The notes beneath the pieces are model-generated. The model was not told where the DNA came from, made no database searches, and saw only the letters and a program-made list of their open reading frames with translations. The translations under genes and the position numbers were made by a program. Positions 13,601-25,726 of a stretch of 64,000 nucleotides of DNA are shown piece after piece. Source of the DNA: Macrostomum lignano (lineage: Eukaryota); the NCBI GenBank assembly GCA_002269645.1, contig NIVC01003575.1:26236-90235 (forward strand). The letters run 5' to 3'. The first letter of the stretch is position 1, and each line of letters starts with the position of its first letter.

Positions 13601-16600
13601 TCCTTCAGTGGGTCTCCTCTGTTACCCTCCACTCATTCAGTGGGTCCCCGCTGTCACCCTCCGCTCCTTCAGTGGGTCTCCTCTGTTACCCTCCACTCAT
13701 TCAGTGGGTCCCCGCTGTCACCCTCCGCTCCTTCAGTGGGTCTCCTCTGTTACCCTCCACTCATTCAGTGGGTCTCTGCTGTCGCCCTCCACTCATTCAG
13801 TGGGTCTCCTCTGTTACCCTCCACTCATTCAGTGGGTCCCCGCTGTCACCCTCCACTCATTCAGTGGGTCTCCGCTGTCACCCTCCGCTCCTTCAGTGGG
13901 TCTCCTCTGTTACCCTCCACTCATATGGGTCCCCGCTGTCACCCTCCACTCATTCAGTGGGTCCCCGCTGTCACCCTCCACTCATTCAGTGGGTCTCTGC
14001 TGTCGCCCTCCACTCATTCAGTGGGTCTCCTCTGTTACCCTCCACTCATTCAGTGGGTCCCCGCTGTCACCCTCCACTCATTCAGTGGGTCCCCGCTGTC
14101 ACCCTCCACTCATTCAGTGGGTCTCCGCTGTCGCCCTCCATTCATTCAGTGGGTCCCCGCTGTCGCCCTCCGCTCCTTCAGTGGGTCCCCGCTATCCTCT
14201 GATTTAGATAAATAAAAAAGTTAGCATAACTAGCAGGTAGAAAAACAATATCATCTACCAAATTTATCTAGCAGACTCGCCTGGCAGTCAACTGAATATT
14301 TTAAGCGCACTGTGCAATATAAAAGTATTTCCGTCTATCCATCTTTAACCCCTCAAGTTACTCTGGTTAGCTGTATCTAAATAGCTCGAGTTAAGTAGAG
14401 AAATTCTAGCTGACACCATAAAGCAGCACGCAAAGCAATTCTCAACTAAGCCATGACCACTAATTCATATTATTATCATGTCTGTTTGCACAGAGACAGC
14501 AACTACAGTTGACAGATTGGGTAGCCGCGGCTGTGGCCGCAGTAGAATTGGTTTCGCACGCAGTCTAAACGACTCAGCAAAAGAAAGAAGTGAGAGGCAG
14601 AGAGACCCACCGCCGAGCAGCCCCCCCCCCAGTGGCTGTCCTGAAGTCTTGGACTCAGTACTATTGAAGCTGAGATAGAAAATAAAACTAATATAATAAA
14701 AAATTTGTTGTCCCGAGGTGCAGCTCCGCATTAATACTATTCTTTATTACGCATTAAAGAATTCTTCTGGCAGGGGAAACGTCGGGACAGATTTTTCGTG
14801 AAGAAAAACTGAAAGTACAGGTGCCTCACCTGGGCAGGAGCCCAATGAAGGATCAGAGGCCTATAGAGAGATCTACAGGGAGGGCATCTGACCCCACTAA
14901 TAGAAAATCTACAGGGAGGGCATCTGACCCCACTAATAGAAAATCTACAGGGAGGGCATCTGACCCCACTAGTAGAAAATCTACAGGGAGGGCATCTGAC
15001 CCAACTAATAGAAAATCTACAGGGAGGGCATCTGACCCCACTAATAGAAAATCTACAGGGAGGGCAGCTGACCCCACTAATAGAAAATCTACAGGGAGGG
15101 CAGCTGACCCAACTAATAGAAAATCTACAGGGAGGGCATCTGACCCCACTAATAGAAAATCTACAGGGAGGGCAGCTGACCCCACTAATAGAAAATCTAC
15201 AGGGAGGGCATCTGACCCCACTAATAGAAAATCTACAGGGAGGGCATCTGACCCCACTAATAGAAAATCTACAGGGAGGGACCCTATGACAGATAGATAC
15301 TCGTAGATTACTAAAGACAGATTACAGATAAAATACTAACAGACACGGAGTGCACGTCACCAATGACGCAGAGAGCCTCTATAAATGGCATTCAGGCTGC
15401 AGATAAATTTGAATCGAAATCTCGGCAATTTTGCACTGGTTTAGTATGGTTATAAATCTGTGCGTATAAACTACGGCATACAAAGGCAAGCATCATTTTA
15501 AAATTTTCACAGTCTGTTTAGATTAGACACTAAACATTGGTGGCAGTTCCACCAGGTCTATTGCTAATGGAGCTTAATACAGATAATTAACCAGCCTACA
15601 ACTGGATTTGGGAATTTGAAATATTAAAGCAATAAAGGATGGTAACGATTATTGACAGAGGATAATTAGATGCACAACTTTTCCATAGCGTATATAAACG
15701 CTTATATTCCATCTGAGGCACAAATATTGGCCCAAAATACACAGCTAACGGCAATCATTAGTGCCGCAACAACTGGGAGGAGAGGGGCTCAATCGATTTT
15801 CTCCCGTTCCCCCTCTCCCAGACTGGACTTGTTAGCATGCAGATTGGAGCATTGCATGCATTATAAAGTTAGCAGGTCGATGCATACATGCCCTATAACA
15901 CTGCTAATTCTTTTAATGCGATAATTATTATGAAATGTAGAGAGGAAGGAGGGATAGGGGTAGACAAGGGGAGATAAAGGTAGACAAGGAGATATGGAGG
16001 TAGACAAGGAGAGATGGAGGTACACAATAAAAGATTGAGGTAGACACGAGGGAGAGGAATCAAAAGGAAGGACAGGTGGGAAATGGAGGCTAGTAGAGAC
16101 TAAGAGAGACACAGCAACAGTGAATGGAGAAGATTCCAACGATGCCAGCATAGTCAAATTACCGAGTTCAAAGACAGTCATGCACTGTAATTAAAGGAGC
16201 GCATGAACAACACTCACTTATTAACATCCTTAGCCATAACAGACAAGGTGTAACTGTTCCGTTTAGACACTGAGTCACGAACTAGGAAGCAGCCTTCTTT
16301 GCGGCCCAGATCGAGCAGTATGTGCTCAGCCCGCTGTCTGCTGATGTTCTTGTAGTACCAGCTGTCAGTATAGGAAACGTGCATTAGTCATGTATAATAA
16401 TTTAACTAATTACTAATTAATTAGTAGTATTAGCCAATTGCTAGGCAAATAGAACTTACTCGTAAGTTTCAAGACTGTCGGGCTTGCGTATATAATTAGC
16501 CGGAATGTAGCCGTACTCTCTGCAATTCGAAATTCTCGAATCGTTTTCTAAGAATTAAGTGTAGAATATATTGCACCGAAAAAAACTACACTTACCCAGA

Positions 16601-19600
16601 TGAATCCCGGACGTACCACCATTTGGCATTGGATCCGTCAACTACCATGTAGCGTCCGCCCTGCGAAGAATTTGTCATTTTTTATTGTTGATATAGAATC
16701 ACGCTGCTATGTTAACCTGCGCCTCAGGTAGTAGCAATAAAATAGGAAGTATATGCTAAGTTTAGCGATTCTTGTTTCTACAATTACTTTACTGATTACT
16801 TTGGTATCTATAATAGATCAGTTGGTCAGCAGCTCAATGAGAATAGATCAGTTGGTCAGTAGCTCAATGAGAATAGATCAGTTGGTCAGCAGCTCAGTTG
16901 GTCAGCAGCTCAATGAGAATAGATCAGTTGGTCAGTAGCTCAATGAGAATAGATCAGTTGGTCAGCAGCTCAGTTGGTCAGGAGCTCAATGAGAATAGAT
17001 CAGTTGGTCAGCAGCTCAGTTGGTCAGGAGCTCAATGAGAATAGATCAGTTGGTCAGTAGCTCAATGAGAATAGATCAGTTGGTCAGGAGCTCAATGAGA
17101 ATAGATCAGTTGGTCAGCAGCTCAATGAGAATAGATCAGTTGGTCAGGAGATCAATGAGAATAGATCAGTTGGTCAGCAGCTCAATGAGAATAGATCAGT
17201 TGGTCAGCAGCTCAATGAGAATAGATCAGTTGGTCAGCAGCTCAATGAGAATAGATCAGTTGGTCAGCAGCTCAATGAGAATAGATCAGTTGGTCAGCAG
17301 CTCAATGAGAATAGATCAGTTGGTCAGCAGCTCAATGAGAATAGATAAGTTGGTCAGCAGCTCAATGAGAATAGATCAGTTGGTCAGGAGCTCAATGAGA
17401 ATAGATCAGTTGGTCAGGAGATCAATGAGAATAGATCAGTTGGTCAGCAGCTCAATGAGAATAGATCAGTTGGTCAGCAGCTCAATAAGAAAGGATTAGT
17501 TGGCTAAATATTTATGAAAAACGGCAAAATGAAAGTACAGCATAAAATAAATTGTTTTAGTATATTGGAATACCAAACTATAAAACAATTGAAATTAAAA
17601 AAACAAACCTTCTCCAATCGAATCTGATTGGAGCGCATTGGACGGAAATTATGTATGGCAACCACAACGTTGCCAGCCGCGCCAGTTGGCTGGTCGCCGC
17701 CGCCAGTCACACCGTTGGCTGACGAGTCAGTAATAAAGTTGGACGTTGACCGGGAATTGCCCACCTGTGAATATAGAAGAGTCATAAAAATGATTTGTCC
17801 ACTACTAGTAGAACTGAGTTTTCAAATTAGGATTGAGTAATAAAGCTTCTATGACATTAGCTCACTGTAGTAACATCCGGTACAGCTAATTAGGGTAAGG
17901 CTTGCACTGGTACAAAAGTACAATCAAGCGCGCCAATACTATCGTCAGGCATGTACACTTTCTGTGCCTTGGGGGGTGGGGGTAGTTGGCTCTCAATTGT
18001 GTGCACACATCTCCGAATCAACGTGGGATCGTGGTGCAAGAACCAGAGGAGTTTACCTCTAAAACCGGGGGTCGGCAAAATCCGGCCCACGGTCCACATG
18101 CGGCCCAGTAAGCCTCTCTATCTGGGCCTCGGGTCCTTTGAATTTCATAATGGCAATCCGGCCCGCTTAAGGTCTCTTCTCAGCTCTCTTATACCTTCTC
18201 TCTCCCCTCTTCTCTCGATCCTCTCTCTACTCGTATCTCTGCTTCCCTCTCTCTTCTCATTTTCTCTCATTTCATCTCTCATTTTATCTATCTTCTCTTC
18301 TCCTCTCCCTTCTTTCCTCTTTTTTCTTCTCTCACATCCGGCCCGCAGCCATTAGCAAGGTTCTTTACCTGGCCTTTGAGGTAAAAAAAGTTGCCGACCC
18401 CTGCTCTAGGCTGTATACAGTAATGTACATAAATGAAATAGGTCGCAAAGAGTTACTAACCCCAGTCTGCGAGGTCAACTGTTGCTGGGACAGCGGCTGT
18501 AACTGATTGGCAGGTCTCTGCTGCCGTTGAGTAGCCAATTGAACTGACTCATCTTGCTGCTGCAGCTGTTGAGCATCCGTAGCTGGCGAGCAGCCGTGCG
18601 ATTTTTTATCGCTACTGTTGCAGCAGGCAAATCGGCCAGGCTTAAGCCAGGCGCCAGGATGATAGACTGGGCCAAACCTGGCCCCTCTAGCCAGAGCGTT
18701 GTCCCGGATTAGGCGCAGCCAGTCGGCCCGGTCAGCCTCAGTGGCGGCCAGAGCGTACAGAGTGTAGTGCGTGTAGTGCACGTCTTCTACGTACACAATT
18801 TGTAAGCCGAATCGCCAGCGCCCGCCGCCGAATCTAGTGTCGAGCTTATCGACACTTTCCACCGCTTTCATCAGCGCCAGGAAGATCCGACCGCGCGGCT
18901 TGCTGGCCCGAGATGGCGAGCTCTGCTAGGGAGACGGGAGTGCTGTGATTCAGATCTGCGAGGGTCAGGGAGGCTGGCCAGCAACTGAGGATCTGGGAGG
19001 CTGGCCCAGCAACTGAGGATCTGGGAGGCTGGCCTAGCAACTAAGAACCTGAAAGGCTGGCCCAGCAACTGAGGATCTGGGAGACTGGCCCGGCAACTGA
19101 GGATCTGGGAGGCTGGCCCAGCAACTGAGGATCTGGGAAGCTGGCCCAGCAACTGAGAATCTGGGAGGCTGGCCCAGCTACTGACACTCTGGGAGGCTGG
19201 CCCAGCAACTGAGGATCTGGGAAGCTGGCCCAGCAACTGAGGATCTGGGAGGGTTCCGGTGGCACAGCAACTGAGAATCTGGGAAGGTTCCGGAGGCACA
19301 GCAACTGAGAATCTGGGAGGCTGGCCCAGCAACTGGGGATCTGGGAGGCTGGCCCAGCAACTGAGGATCTGGGAAGCTGACCCAGCAACTGAGGATCTGG
19401 GAGGCTGGCCCAGCAACTGAGGATCTGGGAAGCTGACCCAGCAACTGAGGATCTGGGAGGCTGGCCCAGCAACTGGGGATCTGGGAGGCTGGCACAGCAA
19501 CTGACAATCTGGGAGGGTTTTAGTGGCACAGCAACTGAGAATCTGGGAGGGTTTCGGTGGCACAGCAACTGAGAATCTGGGAGGGTTTCGGTGGCACAGC

Positions 19601-20338
19601 AACTGAGAATCTGGGAGGGTTTCGGTGGCACAGCAACTGAGAATCTGGGAGGGTTTTAGTGGCACAGCAACTGAGAATCTGGGAGGGTTTCGGTGGCACA
19701 GCAACTGAGAATCTGGGAGGGTTTCGGTGGCACAGCAACTGAGAATCTGGGAGGGTTTCGGTGGCACAGCAACTGATAATCTGGGAGGGTTTCGGTGGCA
19801 CAGCAACTGAGAATCTGGGAGGGTTTCGGTGGCACAGCAACTGAGAATCTGGGAGGGTTTCGGTGGCACAGCAACTGAGAATCTGGGAGGGTTTTAGTGG
19901 CACAGCAACTGAGAATCTGGGAGGGTTTCGGTGGCACAGCAACTGAGAATCTGGGAGGGTTTCGGTGGCACAGCAACTGAGAATCTGGGAGGGTTTTAGT
20001 GGCACAGCAACTGAGAATCTGGGAGGGTTTCGGTGGCACAGCAACTGAGAATCTGGGAGGGTTTCGGTGGCACAGCAACTGAGAATCTGGGAGGGTTTCG
20101 GTGGCACAGCCCGGGTATCTGTAGCTGGGTTATTTCTTAGAACAGCAGTGGCAAAACTAAAAAATTAGTTAGTAATGTTACTGACCGATTTCGAGCACTC
20201 GAAATACTGCAGACTCATTGGCATGAGCATAAAGTATCGCTCTTTAAAGTTCTCCCTAGTAAATAAATGCTTGTTCTGGGAACGCTTGACCAGAACACCG
20301 GCCTTCACCTCCAAGTGTGAGGATATTCGTTCAGACAT
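10630..20338 (-). CDS. Btk29A: Tec/Btk-family non-receptor tyrosine kinase (PH-BTK zinc motif-SH3-SH2-kinase), 9 exons, ~696 aa
   Basis: Exons (minus): 20338-20186, 18925-18461, 17764-17609, 16660-16596, 16519-16460, 16361-16218, 12972-12845, 12607-12081, 11022-10630. All phases are compatible and the total is 2091 nt. Motifs: PH KRSQNKHLFTRENFKERYF; BTK motif YHPGAW..GRFACC...GC; SH3 NAKWWYVR/YGYIPANY; SH2 WYYKNISR..AE/GCFLVRDS; kinase GRGQFGEV, VAVK, HRDLACRN, DFG, KFPVRWAAPE, SDVWAFG. An alternative in-frame ATG lies at 20362. Confidence 0.95.
11145..11399 (-). mobile_element. tRNA-derived SINE in the last Btk intron
   Basis: Minus-strand head GGGGCGGTATCCCAGTGGTCAAGCGC (A-box-like) ... 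CCAGGCTCGATTCCC (B-box-like), then a ~190-bp body and an A-rich tail AATAAAAAAATCAAA. It does not fold as a complete tRNA. Confidence 0.6.
11425..11930. repeat. 22-bp minisatellite (Btk intron)
   Basis: Unit CAGCCTACCTCTCATTCACTCT. Confidence 0.9.
12666..12835. repeat. 32-bp minisatellite (Btk intron)
   Basis: Unit GAGTAGTGAGAATCTTACCCTAGATTGCCACA. Confidence 0.85.
13130..14190. repeat. 32-bp minisatellite (Btk intron)
   Basis: Unit CATTCAGTGGGTCTCCGCTGTCGCCCTCCACT. Confidence 0.95.
14872..15280. repeat. 36-bp minisatellite (Btk intron)
   Basis: Unit AATAGAAAATCTACAGGGAGGGCATCTGACCCCACT. Confidence 0.95.
16813..17488. repeat. 30-bp minisatellite (Btk intron)
   Basis: Unit GATCAGTTGGTCAGCAGCTCAATGAGAATA. 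Confidence 0.95.
18066..18403. mobile_element. hAT (Charlie-like) MITE in a Btk intron
   Basis: TIRs CGGGGGTCGGCAA and TTGCCGACCCCTG, internal CCGGCCC motifs and a CT-rich spacer. Flanks ctctaaaa / ctctaggc resemble the NTCTAGAN target preference. Confidence 0.7.
18965..20110. repeat. Composite 28-bp/34-bp minisatellite (Btk intron 1)
   Basis: GCTGGCCCAGCAACTGAGGATCTGGGAG grades into GGCACAGCAACTGAGAATCTGGGAGGGTTTCGGT. Confidence 0.95.
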
Positions 20339-21849
20339 TGTTAAGCCAGCGCCTGATAACATGCAGTTTGGTTAGAAGAATGCAACCACTGAACTTGATC
20401 CTTAGTTCTAGCAGATAGATTTAATGAATATATAAAATATTAAAACCTAGATGTGTCTAAAATAATGTATAAAATAATTTTGTCTAACAGCAAGAGTGCA
20501 ATAAAATTGTATCTAGGGAGGCTTTTTGCAACATAGCTTTGCTCTGTATGCAATTAAAATCTTCTCACTATGGTTTCAACTACTTAATGCTTCCTTGCTC
20601 TTTTAATTTGTTTTTCAATAACATAATTTTTTCTCTCTTTGTTCAATTTTTTCTTATTTAATTCATTTTTATTTCATTTTTGTCCTATATATCCCCTTAC
20701 AAATTTTGGTGCTTGGCTATTAAGTTTTGCAACATACCTAAGCTGCCTTGGCCACACTATTACCTAGCAAGACAAGCCAGGTATTGTCCATATATATTGT
20801 CTTATACATAAAATGCATTGCAAAAGTTTTCAGACTATTTTCTATGGACAGCAAGATTGTTTAAATAAGTTAAATTTTACCTATCAATATATTTACTTTT
20901 ATAGTAGCTTTATTAAAGCATAAAATTTCATAGTAATACCATGTGCATGCCAAAAGTTACATGTATTTTATTGTGCAATGGTGCCTCACCCCAACCTTTC
21001 CAGTTTGCCCAACCTAGTTTTCTCAATTAGTGCATATACTGATCATGTCATTATGTACCTTATCCTAATTTATGAATATTGTATATTTGTTCTTAAATTA
21101 TTTAATATTCACACACTTGTAGGTCAAATGATAAATATAAGATAAAGTTGCCGTCTAGTTGGCAGCTTTTTGGTCCAATTGTTGGCTACTTTTAAACATA
21201 ACTACTTGTCTACAATAACAAATATATGGCAAACTGCATTGGCTATAGGGTGTAAGTTTGTAAGATATTATTCTTTTCTTGCTTCTTCATTAGGATGCAA
21301 GAAGGGGAGCTCTGACTAAGGACTTGGGGTTGCAGCTTCCCAAATGGTTAGGCTGCAGTTTTTATTTTTGAGGAAAGGGTGCAAAAGAATTTCAAAACTG
21401 CATTCAAGAAATTTCTAATATTTTTGAAGCTTTTATTTTTTGATACAGGGAAAACAATATATCCTTATGTTAGTGTCAAAAAGTGTCTTAGATATGTTTT
21501 GATAAATGGCATTTAAATCAGCTAATATGTGAATAAATTATTGAATGAATATTTATTGCTTTTTTATCACTTTTCAATAAAATATTACATGTATTTGGGC
21601 TATAGACATGAGCTATAGACCTCTTTGCAATCAAATCAGTATAGGCCTAGTCTATATGCATTTAAAATATAAAAAAATTGTAAAGCTGCTATTAAATAAA
21701 GGAAAAAAGGCAATCTTTTATTTTACTATGTTTAATTATTTTTCACTTTTTTCTCATTTCAGCCAATTTACTAATGGCTGGAAGGTCCTCTACACCCACT
21801 ATTGGCCCAAGGCCAATCTAAGGCCAGCAACCGAGCTATGCAACATTGA

Positions 21850-22210
21850 TATCACGCTACACAAGCTTATGCTGCTGACGTCTAACAGCTAGCAAACTAT
21901 TTGCTGGCTGGCCACCTATGGGCTACTGCAAAATTCTCGGGCATGTGAACAATGCCCTGAGGCTCCAGCCATGCAGCTACAGAGACAGGATGGAGCCCAA
22001 TTTGTTGATGGCTATACCTAGGCATGTCCAACCTGCAAGATGCAGAAAAGCATCATGAAGGGTAGCTTTTTCAAGGGTACCCACTTTACCGTCACCTAGC
22101 TAATGGATTTGGTGTACCACTGGGCGCACAGTATGCCACACATACATGGCACTTCTGAAGCTCTGTTTGAAAGCTATCTCAACAAGTATCTCTAGTGCAG
22201 GCTCTTTCCT
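21850..22210 (+). pseudogene. Merlin/IS1595(ISXO2)-like transposase N-terminal zinc-ribbon fossil
   Basis: The frame containing 21905 reads TICWLATYGLLQNSRACEQC..MQL...VDGYT*ACPTCK..KSIMKGSFFKG...T*LMDLVYHW. This fits the L..GLL..CxxC..M.L..DG..W.CxxC..SIR.GSFF..L.L.Y.W pattern; stops are TAG at 22019 and 22097. Confidence 0.6.
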
Positions 22211-24782
22211 AGAAAGGAGTTTGGCAACTTCCTATACTAGGTGGCTCATTATTACTGACTAATTGACTTACTTGAATCCTTGATACTTAAAGACACTTAC
22301 CTTTTATCCTCCTACAATCTTTATGTTTTGAAATAAAAAAATGGTTAAATTAATTAAACAGAGTAAAGTAAAAGATTGCTGGAAAAAGCCTAGCCTAAAA
22401 ATAGACTAGACTAAGGCCTACTTTTTTCTTTTGCTAATAATATTTTATAATTGTTTTATTAAAAATTACTTTGGTTTTGTTTGAACTTCTTTTTAAAATA
22501 AAACAAATTATATTAGTATACAATGAAATTTTTATTTATATTAGCATAGAGCCATCCAAACCATCATGTGGTCAGGATCATGGTCTGATAGTCATGACAC
22601 ATGCCCTAGAATATGGCCTATATTTAATAAGACCAAAAAACTTTCTGCCCCAATGACCAAATTCCCTGAAACTCTGACTCGAAATCTGTAACAATGCCTT
22701 AAAGTAGTCCTAATTAATTTCTGTCCTGAGTGGCCTGAGGCCCATTAAATTTAGTGATTATCGGCTATCGCGATCCACACTGCAATAATAGGCCTATTGA
22801 TTGGCCAACAAATGATCCTGACTAGGACCATTTTTTGCTATTCCCTTGAAAAACTGTCTGGCATGAATAACTTCGAATAAGCTTAACCCTTGGCTGCAAC
22901 AGAGCATTCTTGATAGATAAACTAAGTAGGCTAGCTAGTTATTTTAGATCAGATAGGCAAGGCTAGCATTAAAACAATTCTAAGATTGCTTTTGGTACAT
23001 TATAGAGCTAGGCCTACCTATCCTAGTAAGATTGTCGCTATTAAAGGGCTAAGGCTTCACTAGGCCTAGCTGTCATCCAGCTCAAGGGCAGAGGCTTGTC
23101 CTGTGTGCTGTGTGTGTGTGAGGCCAAGCTGACTAATTTTTTTCATAGAAACTTTTTTCAACCTATAAAAACAAATAGCTAAAATGGCTAAAAACATTTT
23201 AAATTGTTACACGTCAAACAATACAACTAGGCAAAGAGATATTTTATTTTATAGCAGATTTACTGTCAAATTAATTTAAAAGCATTTGTTTTTTTAATAA
23301 CTATCTTCAAATTGTAGGAAAGATTGTATCTTTCTAAGAAGGTAACTTTTTTACTTTAGGCTTTAAAAGCAGCCGGTGACAAGTTCTGAGCTTTAAACCG
23401 TATGAAAAAAATTAAATAACCGATTTATGTACAAGTCAGTTTTAATTAAATTTCAATACTTTTCGTTGTTTTGATGCTGCTCAGATCAGTCAGCTGCTGT
23501 GCCCCATAAAGTATTTATTATATATTTTATATTTTATATATTATATTTATTATAACAAGTTTTAAACCATATAATTAGTGCTTAATCAGGCTTAAGTCTC
23601 TTAAAAGTATTTAATATTTAGACTTAAAATAGTTCATAGATTACTCTTCTGGAATCAAAATAATTTTATGAACAAAACTTGACAATTGTCTATACTATAG
23701 ATAGTAGTTGAAAGATTATAAAGAAATAGGATTGGCATAAGCCCTGCTAATGTTAAAGCCAGTGCTTTATAGGCCAGTATCAACTTGTCATTCTCCACTT
23801 TTTAAATCAAGATGTCACTCATTATTAATAATGGGATCCAACTAGGTTGACACTGTCATTAGAAGTTTACAGATTTAATCAATAAGCTAGCAAGTATTTT
23901 GCCAGCCAACAAAGTAAAAAACAGTGAAGTTATTACATTTTGGCTCTGAAAGCTACTATCCAATTTGAATGTTTGCCAACTAATGAATATGCCTTAACAA
24001 GCAAAGGCTAAAGACATGACCCCAGCCTTAGCCAATAAAAAAGGTAGATATTTATTATCCAAATTATTCCCTCATGTGAAAGACTAAAATGCTATATAAA
24101 CCAATGTTAAAACCAAGCAAGAAGCTCTCCTAGCTCATTCCTTGCCTAAGCACTATGTTTGATCTGAATATATAGTCCTCTAATTACACTTAACTACCTA
24201 GATTTGACCAATTGATCTATAGAGCATTAAAAGACAACTACTTCTTTCCTTATCAAACCTATTAGACAATTGAACCTATTACAGACTTGACCTAGTCAAG
24301 CAAGGTATTTGGAACACCTCCCATATATTTTATTAATTGTTGAGATAACATCTGAAGAATGTGAATACCAAATATAAGTTATAATGGTCTGAATTTGCCA
24401 CCTCAGTTATTTGGCTCTCACATTGAACTTATCAAAAGTTTTTATAGAGCCATAGCAATGAAATTCCAGACCATACATGCCCAGCTTTGAAATTTCACCA
24501 GGCTGTGCAACTTTCTTTTTGACCAAAAATGTGACTTTACCTATGAAAGAAATCCTAAAGCAAAAATTAGCATAATTTGGGGTAAACGGTAGGAGTAACT
24601 AGGACAATATTATTTAAGTTTAAAGCCTCGTCATCTAATTAGTACTACTAAACGAATTGGCCGGCTGTTGGGCATGTAAGGTCAAGATGACCAAGGACAC
24701 CCCAGCATATTTATAAAATATTTCAACAGTATAGCAAGATTTTGTATTTTATTTTATGAGCAACGCTAAATTAACATAATAA

Positions 24783-25145
24783 ATGTCTGGCAAAGCAGAC
24801 TCATCCTCATTGGCTAGGCGAGCTGGCAGAACAGCAGACGGGGCTGCCACCTCATCCTCGGCTGGGTCAGGCTCTGATGCAGTGGCTGGCACGCGAAGCA
24901 ACGAGAACAGCGGGGCGGCCTACCGGGCCTTGTTTGACATGTCGCGCCTGCTTAACACCGGCCTGCACTATGAGGAGCTGCGAATTTGCACGCATCTGAT
25001 TGAAGCTGGCGTCAATCCGGAGGCGCTGGCTAAGGTTGTTAGGCATCTGAGATCCACAGCCGAGACTGTGCGAGCTCAACAGCAGCAGCAGCAGCTGGCC
25101 ATGGGGCCAGACAGTGCGGCTGCGGATGATGACGACACTGCGTAA
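24783..25145 (+). CDS. MZT1: Mitotic-spindle organizing protein 1 (gamma-tubulin ring complex subunit), single exon, 120 aa
   Basis: LFDMSRLLNTGLHYEELRICTHLIEAGVNPEALAKVVRHLR matches the MOZART1 signature L.EIS.LLNTGLD.E.L.IC..L.E.GVNPEAL..V..ELR. Confidence 0.93.
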   Translation: MSGKADSSSLARRAGRTADGAATSSSAGSGSDAVAGTRSNENSGAAYRALFDMSRLLNTGLHYEELRICTHLIEAGVNPEALAKVVRHLRSTAETVRAQQQQQQLAMGPDSAAADDDDTA

Positions 25146-25211
25146 CAGTTGCTGGGGAGATTTTATCATCGCATTCCAACAATAATGCTATTTTTGCTCT
25201 GAGTAGCCTCG

Positions 25212-25726
25212 GTTCCTATAGCAACGGGAGTGTTATATTGGATTTGGTTGCTATCGCAGCTGGGGTGTTATTTTTGGATTTGGTTGCTATAGCAACTCGG
25301 GTGTTATTTTTGGATTTGGTTGCTATAGCAACTCGGGTGTTATTTTTGGATTTGGTTGCTATAGCAGCAGGGTGTTATTTTTGGATTCGGTTGCTATAGC
25401 AACTCGGGTGTTATTTTTAGATTTGGTTCCTATAGCAGCAGGGTGTTATTTCGGATTCAGTTGCTATAGCGATACAGTTTTAACTTATCTACCATAGCAA
25501 CGGGGATGTTGTCTTGGCTACCATAGCAACGGAAATTTTGTCTTGGCTACCATAGCAACGGGGATGTTGCCTTGGCTACCATAGCAACGGAAATATTGTC
25601 TTGGCTACCATAGCAACGGGGATGTTGCCTTGGCTACCATAGCAACGGAAATATTGTCTTGGCTACCATAGCAACGGGGATGTTGTCTTGGCTACCATAG
25701 CAACGGGGATATTGTCTTGGCTACCA
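25212..25726. promoter_or_regulatory. Tandem array of RFX X-box-like motifs (35-36-bp and 29-bp units)
   Basis: GTTGCTATAGCAAC at 25283, 25319 and 25390, with variants at 25212, 25247, 25355, 25426 and 25460. GCTACCATAGCAAC recurs every 29 bp from 25517 to 25691. Confidence 0.6.

Noticed and set aside
13160-14215. Three overlapping >320-aa ORFs; also those at 7564-8329, 9628-10257, 14821-15306, 17020-17499 and 18871-20107
   Set aside because: Tandem-repeat artefacts. Most lie inside introns of the assembled kinase gene.
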